From Porphyridium purpureum (Eukaryota), in assembly GCA_008690995.1 (NCBI GenBank), contig VRMN01000002.1, forward strand, positions 124,001-188,000: a stretch of DNA of 64,000 nt. Reading direction: 5' to 3'. The translations under genes were made by a program, and so were the position numbers. Under the pieces are notes generated by a model, which saw only the letters and a program-made list of their open reading frames with translations, ran no database searches and was not told the DNA's origin. This document shows, one piece after another, positions 11,055-20,919 of the stretch (position 1 is the stretch's first letter; each line of letters opens with the position of its first letter).

Positions 11055-11188
11055 ACACGACGAGCCGGACGACGCAGCTCGTTGCCCGGGCTTGATGTAG
11101 TCCCCGCGCTGCTGTCGGCTATTTCTGTCCCTCCCTTTCCATGTGTGTTCTCGTGTCTTTCTACATGTTGCGTTGGATGCGTCAGCCA

Positions 11189-11518
11189 CAGCTCGCCCAG
11201 CAAATGACAGGCAAGGCTGAGGCATTTGGCGAGGACTCGGTGCCTCTCTTCTACCTTGAGGGCCTGGCGTTCAAGCGGAACGGTGCGCGCGTCTTCCCTC
11301 TGTTTTTCAACTACGAGGAGCTAAACGCGTACGTGCAGCAGCTGCGCAAGCAAGGCACGGTGGATGAGAAAACACTCGAGGCGTCCAACGTGAACATCGT
11401 GGATCTCAACATGGTACTCTCGGAGCTCGCGTCGCCGCGGCGCGACCCCATCTGGAACGAAGTTGTGTTTCTGCCGCCACAGGACGGGATGAACTTTGTG
11501 AAAGCGGTGCAAAAGTGA
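11189..11518 (+). pseudogene. 5'-truncated duplicate of Tic22 (C-terminal ~109 codons)
   Basis: Nearly identical to 5523-5852; lacks the start codon and transit peptide. Confidence 0.85.
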
Positions 11519-11737
11519 CACGCACGTGTGTCTCGCACGGGTGATATGACGACGCGGGTCTGACGAAGGGTGCGTGCTCCGCGCTGGAACGTCGGGCTCG
11601 TGCACGGACGGGCGCTCTTGTGCGGCGCTGTGCGCGGGGGCGTAAGGTCCAGTGTTCGTATGTACGCTTTGCATATTTTACAAAATAAATGACACCATTC
11701 TGATGCGCGGCCAGCATTGGCTCGCCAGTCTACTTGT

Positions 11738-12466
11738 TCATGGAGCGAGAGCGAGAGAGAGCAGGCGTGAACGCGACATGGTAAACTGCTCGGCGCCGAC
11801 GTAGAGCTCAAAGTTGAGCATTTTCAGCATCTGGCGCTCCAACATGGCCACCTCCCGGCTGTCGCCAATGCCGCCCACTTGCGCAATGCCCCGCGCGCTG
11901 TAGCACACGTCCTCGGTGTATTTCATGCCAAGGTTAACCGCACTCAGCAGCAGCCGGTGCACATTGTACGAGCTGATGCAGATCGCGCCCCGATGTCGCA
12001 GTTGCGCCAAGTACACCATGGCAGTCACAAAGGCAGCTGTCGATATGTCGAGGAACTTGAGCATCCGCGCGGCGTATGCGCGGATGTCAATGCTGCTCGG
12101 GACCTGCGAGTAGAAGATGGCCGTGGGGTCTTTTCGAGACGGTAGCACGACGTGTGAATCATTCAAGTCACACTGCTCCCGGAGAATGTCCGCAACAGAG
12201 TCCAGAAGCCGCTCCTTCTCCTGCGGCGTGAGCTCTGTTGCGTCAAACTGGGTGCCTTCACTCATCACGGACTCGATCGACTCGGACCGTTGCAAGCCTG
12301 CGCCCGCTTGCGCCGCGGTGTTAACTTTTTTGAGCATCTCACAGGGCTGCAGTGTCGGTCCAAGAGGCTCGCGCCGGTGCTCGATCGTGTCCGTGCCTTC
12401 GGGGCTCGACACGTCGCTCAAGTCTGCGTCGAACGCCATACTCCAAAGGTGCAGCACTCGATCCAT
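11738..12466 (-). CDS. PHO80/CYCU(P)-like cyclin, copy 2
   Basis: 242 aa; differs from copy 1 at 3 visible residues (Q>E, M>T, N>S). Confidence 0.9.
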   Translation of the reverse strand: MDRVLHLWSMAFDADLSDVSSPEGTDTIEHRREPLGPTLQPCEMLKKVNTAAQAGAGLQRSESIESVMSEGTQFDATELTPQEKERLLDSVADILREQCDLNDSHVVLPSRKDPTAIFYSQVPSSIDIRAYAARMLKFLDISTAAFVTAMVYLAQLRHRGAICISSYNVHRLLLSAVNLGMKYTEDVCYSARGIAQVGGIGDSREVAMLERQMLKMLNFELYVGAEQFTMSRSRLLSLALAP

Positions 12467-13129
12467 GACTGCGCCAGCAGCTCCGTGCGGTTTGCCCTGC
12501 TTCTTAATGCGTGCCGATTCCAGAGACCAGCAACAGCGCAGCGGGCGGGCACTACCTCTGTCTGACTGTACATGCGATGAAGCAGCATGTGCGCCAGCAG
12601 CCGCTCCCCGCTACCCGCTTGACGCGTCGCGCACCATTTTATACACGCGCGCCGCCGCCCACGTGCGTGCAGACTACGACACGAGCCCCGGTGGTGAGTC
12701 GCACCCATCCGCGAGCCGCCGACGCATGATTGCGGCGTGTTCAGACGCGCGGCCGGAATCCGCAACCCGAAATCCGGCGGACAGGCGAGAGACGCTCGCC
12801 GGTCACACACTGTGTGCGCGCGCGCGGCCCGGTGCCATAATTATGGTTTCATCATCCGCATGACCAAACGGCTCCTCCGCGCGAGCAACACGTAAGCGGT
12901 GAACCACTGTACCTCACAACAACCGGTAGTGTTCAGTGTGAGCGCCGAAAGATCTAGGGTTACGGGCGTTGCTTGATTCGACTGGATTCGATACCGGCGA
13001 GCGGTGATGAGCAACGTCCGAACGGAGGCTTGCGTCGACGAGGCGGGGTGTGGTGAGGGTCAGAGCAGGCAGCGGGTGTGGAGGGTCGGCAGGCTGTGTG
13101 TCTGCGTTGGCTGGGGACTGTCGAGTGGC

Positions 13130-14833
13130 ATGCCAGCCTTTGCGGAGACGACGGACGGAGCGTCGGCCATGGGGAAGAAGAGCGCGATGGCTCGGCCGGA
13201 GGAGGACGCCGCGGCCGGCGCACACGACGATGCGCAAGCAGAGAATGGGCGTTTCGGTGCCGACGGTGAGGACCGCGGTGCGGATGCAGGCAACGGGGTA
13301 GTAGCGCGAGGCGAGAGCGGGAACGTGGCCAGGGACGCGTCGGGTTTGCGACGTAAGCCGTCCATGGTTGAACGCCTCGCGCGGGCGGCGCCCGGTGGTA
13401 TTGGCGGCGGCGGCAGCGGCCTGGGCGGAAGCAAGCGCGTCAGGAAGGGGAAGCCCGTGCGTGTGCAGTGCGTGCCATCCAGCGGACCTGTTCTGGGTGG
13501 CAACGTGGTCAAGATTATGGGCGTTCCGCAGCACTTCTTTGTGCAGAGCTCCAACGGTGAGTGCGGTCCGGCCGATGACTGCGACAACCAGGCGTGCATG
13601 TGCCATCACAAACCGGAGAAAAGTCCCGAAGATACAGAGAGTCCAGAGCGCGAGTCGGCGAGCGATGATATGGATGGATTGGTCAAATTTTCATGCGGCG
13701 TGGAGCTTTTCTTTGGCCTGATTCCGGTTCCGTACACCGCGACCATGGACGACAAGGGAAACAATGTGCTGGTCGCGACTGTGCCTCGGGCGTCGTACGA
13801 GGGCTTGCTGGACGTGAGGCTTATGCTAGAAGGTACGACAATTGCGACAAGCAAGTATAATTATGAAAGCGCCCTGCTGAACGCGCCCGACCATGAGGAG
13901 CCCCGCATCGACTTGCGCTTGCCCGCCAAATATGTCCACTTCTTGCGCCGCCTGCGCGGAACGCATGTTCACAGACGCTTCCCAAGCCTGTTGCAGCAAT
14001 GTCTCGCAGAAGCTATAGGTACCGGTATGATTGTTCTCTTTGGTGTCGGCATTGTGAACGCTGCAGTATTCACAGGAGCCCAGGTGGGCATCTGGCAGGT
14101 CGCCGTCGTGTGGGGCTTTGGTGTGTCACTTGCGATCTACTGCACTGCCTCGATTTCGGGCGCGCACCTGAACCCCGCGGTGTCCTTTGCGCTGGCGCTG
14201 CTGCGTCCCGAAGAGTTCCCGCTGCGCAAGCTGGTGCCCTACTGGATAGCGCAATTTGCTGGCGCCATTGTTGCGGCCGCAATCAATTTGCTTGCGTACA
14301 GCGGGCCAACCGCGGCGTTTGAGGCAAGGAACAACATTATCCGCGGCGAGCCAAGTAGCATCCTGTCTGCGCAGGCGTACGGCGAGTACTTCCCCAACCC
14401 GGGGCTCATGTACAGTTCGGCGCCGGCGTTTGCGGGCGACCCGGCCGCCATCAACCCCGCGCTGGACTGGACGCTGGGAACCGTGACGGTTTGGGGAAGC
14501 TTGGGCATTGAGGCATGGGGCACGGCCGTGCTGATGTTTGTTATTCTTGCGCTGACGGACAAGCGGAACACCGCGCTGGTGCAGAAGGAGATGGCGCCGT
14601 TTTTCATTGGCTTCACGGTGGCGTCGTTGATCTCTTTGTACGCGCCGATGAATCAGGCTGGGTACAACCCGGCGCGCGACTGGGGCCCGCGCATTGTGTC
14701 CGCGATGGCCGGGTGGGGCAAGGTGGCGTTCCCAGGCCCGCAGAATGGCTGCTGGACGTACTTGGTCGGCCCGCTGATTGGCGCACCTATCGGTGGCGCC
14801 TTTTACGAGTTTATTTTCATGCACGGCTTGTGA
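13130..14833 (+). CDS. GlpF-like aquaglyceroporin with N-terminal IPT/TIG-like domain
   Basis: QCLAEAIGT, ISGAHLNPAV (NPA at 14171), GYNPARDWGPR (NPA at 14666; RD is the aquaglyceroporin signature), six TM helices. N-terminal region has PSSGPVLGGNVVKIMG..VLVATVP..DVRL..YNY. Start uncertain (ATG at 13007, 13130 or 13169). Confidence 0.9.
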   Translation: MPAFAETTDGASAMGKKSAMARPEEDAAAGAHDDAQAENGRFGADGEDRGADAGNGVVARGESGNVARDASGLRRKPSMVERLARAAPGGIGGGGSGLGGSKRVRKGKPVRVQCVPSSGPVLGGNVVKIMGVPQHFFVQSSNGECGPADDCDNQACMCHHKPEKSPEDTESPERESASDDMDGLVKFSCGVELFFGLIPVPYTATMDDKGNNVLVATVPRASYEGLLDVRLMLEGTTIATSKYNYESALLNAPDHEEPRIDLRLPAKYVHFLRRLRGTHVHRRFPSLLQQCLAEAIGTGMIVLFGVGIVNAAVFTGAQVGIWQVAVVWGFGVSLAIYCTASISGAHLNPAVSFALALLRPEEFPLRKLVPYWIAQFAGAIVAAAINLLAYSGPTAAFEARNNIIRGEPSSILSAQAYGEYFPNPGLMYSSAPAFAGDPAAINPALDWTLGTVTVWGSLGIEAWGTAVLMFVILALTDKRNTALVQKEMAPFFIGFTVASLISLYAPMNQAGYNPARDWGPRIVSAMAGWGKVAFPGPQNGCWTYLVGPLIGAPIGGAFYEFIFMHGL

Positions 14834-15370
14834 ACCGCTCGAGCCCGACAATGCACCTCGTTGCCCGGGCTCCTGATGGGCCCCCGTCTGCTGTTGGTTC
14901 CTTCTGTCGCGCTCTCTGTCAGCTCAACTATCGCGCTGCGCTGCTTCTATGATGCCAGAGTGTTGTCCCAGCGGCCGCTTACATGTCAAGCCAGCCACAT
15001 TAAACGTGCCCCGGGTTGTTTCTGTATTCTGCCACAAACCACCCGGCTTGTAACCATGTCCCGCTTACACTCGCGCACCCGCGGTGTAAAAATAGCCGCG
15101 CGCTGTACTGCGCGGTACCGCGCTGTACCGCCGCCACACACAGTAAGCGCGCGCGTGTCACGTGTGGCGGTCACGTGCCTGCGCGCGACAGCGCATCGCA
15201 CGCGCGCCACACAGCGGGACGCGCGCGTCGCCCACGGGCTAGCCCAGCGCGTGCGGTGCGCAGTGCGCGTGCCGCGCGGTACAGCGCGCACGCCGCGCTT
15301 ACATGACAGCCATGCATGCACACAACGGCGCTGGCCATTGCGGCCCAGTCACGCGCGCGCCTTGTCAGTA

Positions 15371-15415
15371 CGGTGTCGGTGTCGGTGTCGGTTTCGGTGT
15401 CGGTTTCGGTTTCGG
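15371..15415. repeat. (CGGTKT)7 hexamer microsatellite
   Basis: cggtgt cggtgt cggtgt cggttt cggtgt cggttt cggttt cgg. Confidence 0.9.
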
Positions 15416-15725
15416 CCACACGTGTGCGGTTGTCCGATCGCGTCAACGGACAGCCACGGCTGACCGCAGAGTACGCGACCCGGGAGTGCCGTGCCCGGAG
15501 GGCGCTGCGGGTATATAGGGACAGCCGGCGTCGCATGTGCTTCTCGGCAGTGGTGTGATCGCGATGAGGGGGGCAGAGAGAGTATTTGACGCAGCAGGGA
15601 CAGAGCAGGGCAGAGCAGGACTTCGCGCGAAGGGTTGGGGAAGCGGTGCGCGCGTGAGAGAAAGGCGGGTGGGCGTCAAATACAGGGCGCTTGGTGACTC
15701 GCAGCGTCGAGAAAGGGCCGCTGGC

Positions 15726-17192
15726 ATGAGCGCGATGCCGATCGCGGCGTTTCAGACCGCCGGGTGGGGCCCGGCCCGGCGGCATCAACAGCGCGGCGGC
15801 TTTGTGAGTGGTCCTACTTGTGGAAGGGCGTTTGCGCCGACTCGGGGCACTGTGATTGCCAGAGACGGCTTCAACGGCGAAATCGTGAGTGGTGGGTTTC
15901 GAGCGCAAGCTCCGGGCACCCGAGCACACCCAAACGTGGTGCTGACGACGCTGGCGCGCGCGGCTCGGCAATTCGACCATGCCTCGGGTGGGTCGACTGC
16001 TTTTACATCTCCGTGGCCATCTAGCAAGGACAAGTCACCGTCGCCTCAGGTCAACGACGAGTCGACCCGCGATTATCCTGGAGCTGGTCCGGCAGGTCCG
16101 GCCCGCACTTCTCCACGGAAGTCTTCAGAATCGAACCTGCAATCAGGCTGGACTGACGTTTCCCGCGGCGATAATGAGAGTGCCGTGCAGAGGTGGCTCG
16201 GCAACTCTGAATGGGTGCAGCACTTGGTCACGCTGCCCTACTCGTATGTGCTGTATCGCATCCGCGGCCGGATGCTGTGTTGCATTGCGGTCTCAACATT
16301 TGTCACGCTGTTCCATACGTACCACGGCTTGCCCGAGGTGAGTAAGGAGCCCCACGAGTGGATTGCCGGTGCCCTGGGTCTCTTGAATGCATTGTCCTGC
16401 GGCACTGCGCAAGATCGCTTTTGGGAATCGTACCGTCTGTTCGCTGACCTTGTGTTTGCGTCGCGCAGAATGGTGCGTCTCGCCTGCGCATACCTTCCAG
16501 ACAGCTGCTACGATGTGGCAAAGTACACCTCACTCTTTGTGTGGACTCTGAAGGATCACCTGCACGAGACACGCCAGACCGATCTTGTCGTAGGCGGCAC
16601 TGAGCGCGTGCTCGGAACGATGCTCTCGCCCACGGAAAGCGCACAGCTGCGCGACTCGGAAAACCGCCCGCTTCTCGTACTGTTGTGGCTCAGCAACGCC
16701 GTTCGAGACGTGTACGCGAAGGACAATAAGCTGTCCCTCAGCTCGGCGTTCACCAAGTCACAGCCCGTCGCAAACGCGGAAATCGAGCTGTTCGCCGTGG
16801 AGAACTGCCTGGAACAATTTGAGCGCGTATTTGCACGCACGGAGCATCTAGCATTTGCTGACCAGCGCACGTACTCGCGCGCCCTGTCGCGCTTTCTGAG
16901 CCTCTGGACGCTCACATTGCCCTTTGTCATGGTTCACGATCTCGGGAACTTTACTCCGTTGTGTATCTCATGTGTGGCGTGGGTATTCTACAGCATTGAA
17001 GAGCTGGGCACGCTTTTGCGTAACCCGTTCAAGTTGCAGTCACGTAGGATGGGTGCCGAAACGCAGGCGCAGCTTCCCATGGATGCTTTCTGTGCGCGTC
17101 TCAGTCGCGATATCTTGGAAATTCTCTCAGTGCACCGAGGCATGCAGGAGCGCGCCTCGAGTCGGCCGGATTCGTTTGAGGCAAGGCCGTGA
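15726..17192 (+). CDS. Bestrophin-like (UPF0187/VCCN-type) anion channel, probably plastid-targeted
   Basis: ALGLL..AQDRFWES, PLLVL, YSRALSRFLSLWTLTLPF, SIEELGTLLRNPF; long S/A/R-rich N-terminal extension. Confidence 0.8.
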   Translation: MSAMPIAAFQTAGWGPARRHQQRGGFVSGPTCGRAFAPTRGTVIARDGFNGEIVSGGFRAQAPGTRAHPNVVLTTLARAARQFDHASGGSTAFTSPWPSSKDKSPSPQVNDESTRDYPGAGPAGPARTSPRKSSESNLQSGWTDVSRGDNESAVQRWLGNSEWVQHLVTLPYSYVLYRIRGRMLCCIAVSTFVTLFHTYHGLPEVSKEPHEWIAGALGLLNALSCGTAQDRFWESYRLFADLVFASRRMVRLACAYLPDSCYDVAKYTSLFVWTLKDHLHETRQTDLVVGGTERVLGTMLSPTESAQLRDSENRPLLVLLWLSNAVRDVYAKDNKLSLSSAFTKSQPVANAEIELFAVENCLEQFERVFARTEHLAFADQRTYSRALSRFLSLWTLTLPFVMVHDLGNFTPLCISCVAWVFYSIEELGTLLRNPFKLQSRRMGAETQAQLPMDAFCARLSRDILEILSVHRGMQERASSRPDSFEARP

Positions 17193-18771
17193 GAGACGGG
17201 CTCGGCCGTGACAAGGGTCAATGCGCTGGGAGTGATGAATCGGGAATCGCCTCGATTGGATACACCGGCTGTGCTTCTGTTTTCTCTTTGGACATGGATG
17301 TGCGAAGAGCGAGTGACGGCATGCTTCGCGTTTCGCTTCCTTCGTCTTCACTCAGGCTGTTGTGAACGGGACTTTTGAAAGGCCACAAGGCCTTGGATAA
17401 TGGTGTTCCGTCTTGTGGATCGAGCATTCTCGCAGCTGCACGATGTATATGTGCCGTGTGTACAGCTGCGGATCTGCACGTTTGTTTTTCATCATGGGAG
17501 GCGCGGCTTCATCGAGTTTTCTTGGGTAGAATGAGGAAGCTTTTGCTGCGCTGAACTGCTATCTGTACTTAGACTCGCTTGTAATCATTAGCATTTTTAA
17601 CTTGTTTTCTAATTCATTCATCACGCACCGTGCGTTGTATGTGATAGTCGTATTCGTCGAGCCATTAGAACGTGCAAATTGCCCATCGTGTCGGGACGGC
17701 GTTTGTTACTCATCGAGCAATGTGCGCATCTGTCATCTCGCTAAGCGCACTAGTACAAAATGGATTTCTAGCACTCGTAGACCGCTCATGCATCGTCTTT
17801 GGCGAAGAAAAAGGACTGCATTCATATCGCATGTCGCGGCATTGCCAGTGCATCGCTGTTTCTTCTACGAAGACTCGTGCGCCGTGCCGCTGCGCCCTTG
17901 ATCACATTGCTCGCGCGAGATGCGCAGACCAAAGTAATGCTCCGCTACAGTGCGCGACTATCTGGCAGCTCCACATGCTGCGAGATGCCTACACAGCGGT
18001 TCTTAGCACCAATTCTACCCACTTTGGCACGCAACTTGTTCTGCATACGTAAACTTACATTGGCGCGAAGCGTGAAAAAGTATGCTAAAGATGAAACGTC
18101 GAGTCGCTTGAGGCAGGGAATTGAACAGCCTCAAAAGTAGCCAGCACGAGAATCATTCTCATCATTCCAAATGCATTCTAGAATCGTCACCCATCGTATT
18201 TCCCGACATCCATCAACCTGTCCATGCAATCGACCTCCCGGATATACGATGAAGGTGCAGTCGACACTCTCGTACTTCCATGATTTTTGGCGTTGCGTCG
18301 CTCTTGACCAAATCCCGGCAAGGCCATGCAACCTAGCGACCCACTCGAGTGTGCCGTACCCACGCTCTTGCACTGCCGGAACGGACGATGGCACCCCGCG
18401 AGATCTGGGCCCTGAGAAACATTTTCTTGGCGGTGGACGAGAGACTATTGCATTCAGATGCGAAGCATGACCACTTGATCTTCTGCCCATTTATCCAGCC
18501 ACTCCGCATTCGGTTGCTTTTGAGCTTTCGTATGCAACCGAGAGCTCTTGGAGCATCATGCAGTTCTCACCTTTGCAAAATGCTGCACTTGTGCCTTCTA
18601 CCAATTGTGTTTGCGTCTTTTCGCGTACGAGCGTGCCGCTATGACGTGCATGTGATTGCGAGCCATTGCGACATCGCAGCCAACGTTCCTCCCTGGCCGA
18701 CGGCGTTGTTCATTCGAGCAACATCCTCCCTTCCCCTCCAAGAAGGAAACCAATAAAAAAGTTTTCGAGAA

Positions 18772-18854
18772 TACCACCTGCAGGACTCGAACCTGCGCAA
18801 CGAAACCGTTAGCAGAACTTGAGTCTGCCCCCTTAACCGCTCGGGCAAAGTGGC
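18772..18854 (-). tRNA. trnL-CAA: tRNA-Leu(CAA)
   Basis: Reverse complement folds as GCCACTT TG CCCGAGCGGTTAAGGG G GCAGA CTCAAGT TCTGC [long variable arm] GCAGG TTCGAGT CCTGC AGGTGGT A. T6 Pol III terminator at 18755-18760. Confidence 0.95.
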
Positions 18855-19136
18855 GCAATCGTAATCAACAGAAAAGAGGGGAAATATACAATATATATTA
18901 GCATGAAATAAAGGCTCTTGCAGTCGTGCGAGTTGTTGTTTGGTGTGCTGGCGCGCGTTTCTATGATAAAACAAACTGGATTTATATGAAGCCGGCACAA
19001 ATGATGCGTTCATAGTGCGGGCGTGATGCGCAGTGAGTGGGGAAGAGAGAGACAGACTCAGAGAGAGCGAGGAAGAAGAGGAGGGGGTCACGGCGTTACG
19101 CGCGCGCACGGAATCGGTGCGCGTTTTCGAGCGAGG

Positions 19137-20411
19137 ATGGGGATCGACGTGATTCTGGCAGAGGCGCGCGAAGAGAGCTGCCCCGATGCGGACCGCGAGA
19201 GCAAGCTGCGCGCCGTGATTGGTGGCGCGGCACTCGAGAACACAGATGAGGACGCCAAGGTGCGCGAGGCCGCGATCACGGATCTCATGGCGCTGCTGAA
19301 ACGCAGGAGGAACGCGGAAGGTCTGGCAGAGCTGCTCACAGGCTCGCTGCGGCCGATGTTCGCCAAAATGGCCAAGGCAAAGACGGCGCGCATTGTGCGC
19401 GCGATCCTGGACGGCGTCGCCGCGTGCGCGGAGCCCGGTGACGCCGACGCGCTGGAAATGCAAGTCCAGCTGTGCCAGCAGACCGTGGATTGGTGCAACG
19501 AGGAGAAGCGCACGTTCCTGCGGCAGCGGGTGCAGGGCCGCCTCGGCGCTCTGTACTTGCAGCAGAAGAAGTACTCGGACGCGCTGGGCGTCATTAACGA
19601 GCTGCTGCGCGAGGTGAAGCGACTGGATGACAAGGCCCATCTGCTGGAGATCCAGCTTACAGAGGCACAGATCTACCATGCGCTGCGCAATCTGCCCAAG
19701 AGTCGCGCGGCGCTCACCTCGGCGCGCACGACCGCCAACGCAATCTACGTACCACCCAGCCTGCAAGCCGAGATTGATATGATGGCCGGCATTGTATCCG
19801 CCGACGAAAAGGATTACAAGACCGCGTTCTCATACTTTTTCGAAGCGTTTGAGAGCCTCAACTCGCTCAGCAGCCCGCGCACGGTGCTCAATCTCAAGTA
19901 CATGCTGCTCTGTAAGATCATGTCGCACCACGCTGCCGACGTCCCCGCACTCGTATCTGGTAAGATTGCCCTCAAATATCCTGGTGCTCCGGTCGAATCG
20001 ATGAAAGCGGTCGCAGTGGCATTCGAGAAGCGCAGCCTGTCGGACTTTGAGGCTGCGTTGCAAGAGTACCCGGAGCAGCTCAAGGATGACCTGATCGTGC
20101 ACTCGCATCTGTCTGATCTCTATCACAGTCTTTTGGAGCAGAATCTGCTGCGCCTCATCGAGCCGTACACTTGCGTCGAGATCACGCACATCGCGAAGCT
20201 GATCGCCTTGCCGCTCGACACTGTCGAGAACAAACTGTCACAGATGATTCTAGACAAGCGCCTGAATGGAATCCTGGACCAAGGAAACGGCTGTCTGATC
20301 GTGTTCGACGACGAAGAGCTCAGCAAGACTTACGACTCGAGCCTGAACGTTCTTCGAAATATGGAGAATGTGGTCGACTCACTTTTTTCAAAGGCATCGT
20401 CGCTGAGATGA
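19137..20411 (+). CDS. RPN6: 26S proteasome lid subunit RPN6/PSMD11
   Basis: AKAKTARIVR, WCNEEKRTFLRQ, SRAALTSARTTANAIYVPP, KDYKTAFSYFFEAFE, PCI domain KLSQMILDK..GILDQG. Confidence 0.97.
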   Translation: MGIDVILAEAREESCPDADRESKLRAVIGGAALENTDEDAKVREAAITDLMALLKRRRNAEGLAELLTGSLRPMFAKMAKAKTARIVRAILDGVAACAEPGDADALEMQVQLCQQTVDWCNEEKRTFLRQRVQGRLGALYLQQKKYSDALGVINELLREVKRLDDKAHLLEIQLTEAQIYHALRNLPKSRAALTSARTTANAIYVPPSLQAEIDMMAGIVSADEKDYKTAFSYFFEAFESLNSLSSPRTVLNLKYMLLCKIMSHHAADVPALVSGKIALKYPGAPVESMKAVAVAFEKRSLSDFEAALQEYPEQLKDDLIVHSHLSDLYHSLLEQNLLRLIEPYTCVEITHIAKLIALPLDTVENKLSQMILDKRLNGILDQGNGCLIVFDDEELSKTYDSSLNVLRNMENVVDSLFSKASSLR

Positions 20412-20919
20412 TGTGGCTGTCTTTGGAAACCCCGAGGTTGCTCAACAGATATGAGTTCTGCGAGCGCATGCGATATCGCGTCACGCTGTGAATTTGGCAG
20501 TGGCCAGAGTTTGACCAAGGACAGTAAAGTAGCTGGTCTTTGGGGGGGAGCGCAGTGAAAGACTCGTACCTGACTCTGCTCTGTTCGCAGCGAAATTTAT
20601 ACAGCAAAAAATATGGTTTCATCAATCTTGGGCTGATGAAGGAAGCTTGACCTCGTCAATTACTGGGTTCAGATACATTCCATCTTTTCCTCCATAACCG
20701 CAAGGAGCTCGTTTTATTGCACTAGGCACAATCCTCACCCAAACAAGGACAGCACTCTTTTCCTTTGTGATCCATTGATACAGGCTTCTGGGGGAGAGCT
20801 TTCTCATGTTCGACGAGATCTCCTTCGCTTGGGCTGGCTATCTACAAAAAGAATCAGCCTGGTTCAACAGCTCAAGCCACTGAGCACACGCTCGCAGCTC
20901 GCAATTCGCCGCTCGCTTT

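Larger units (their letters stand above)
5523..14999. repeat. Tandem segmental duplication: unit A 5523-11188, unit B 11189-~14999
   Basis: 5523-~7156 matches 11189-~12838 (near-identical through Tic22 and the cyclin). ~9400-11188 matches ~13250-14999 but is diverged. Junction sequence CAGCCACA|GCTCGCCC. Confidence 0.9.

Noticed and set aside
17250..18750. Short ORFs between the bestrophin gene and the tRNA
   Set aside because: No family motifs or element termini found; treated as intergenic.
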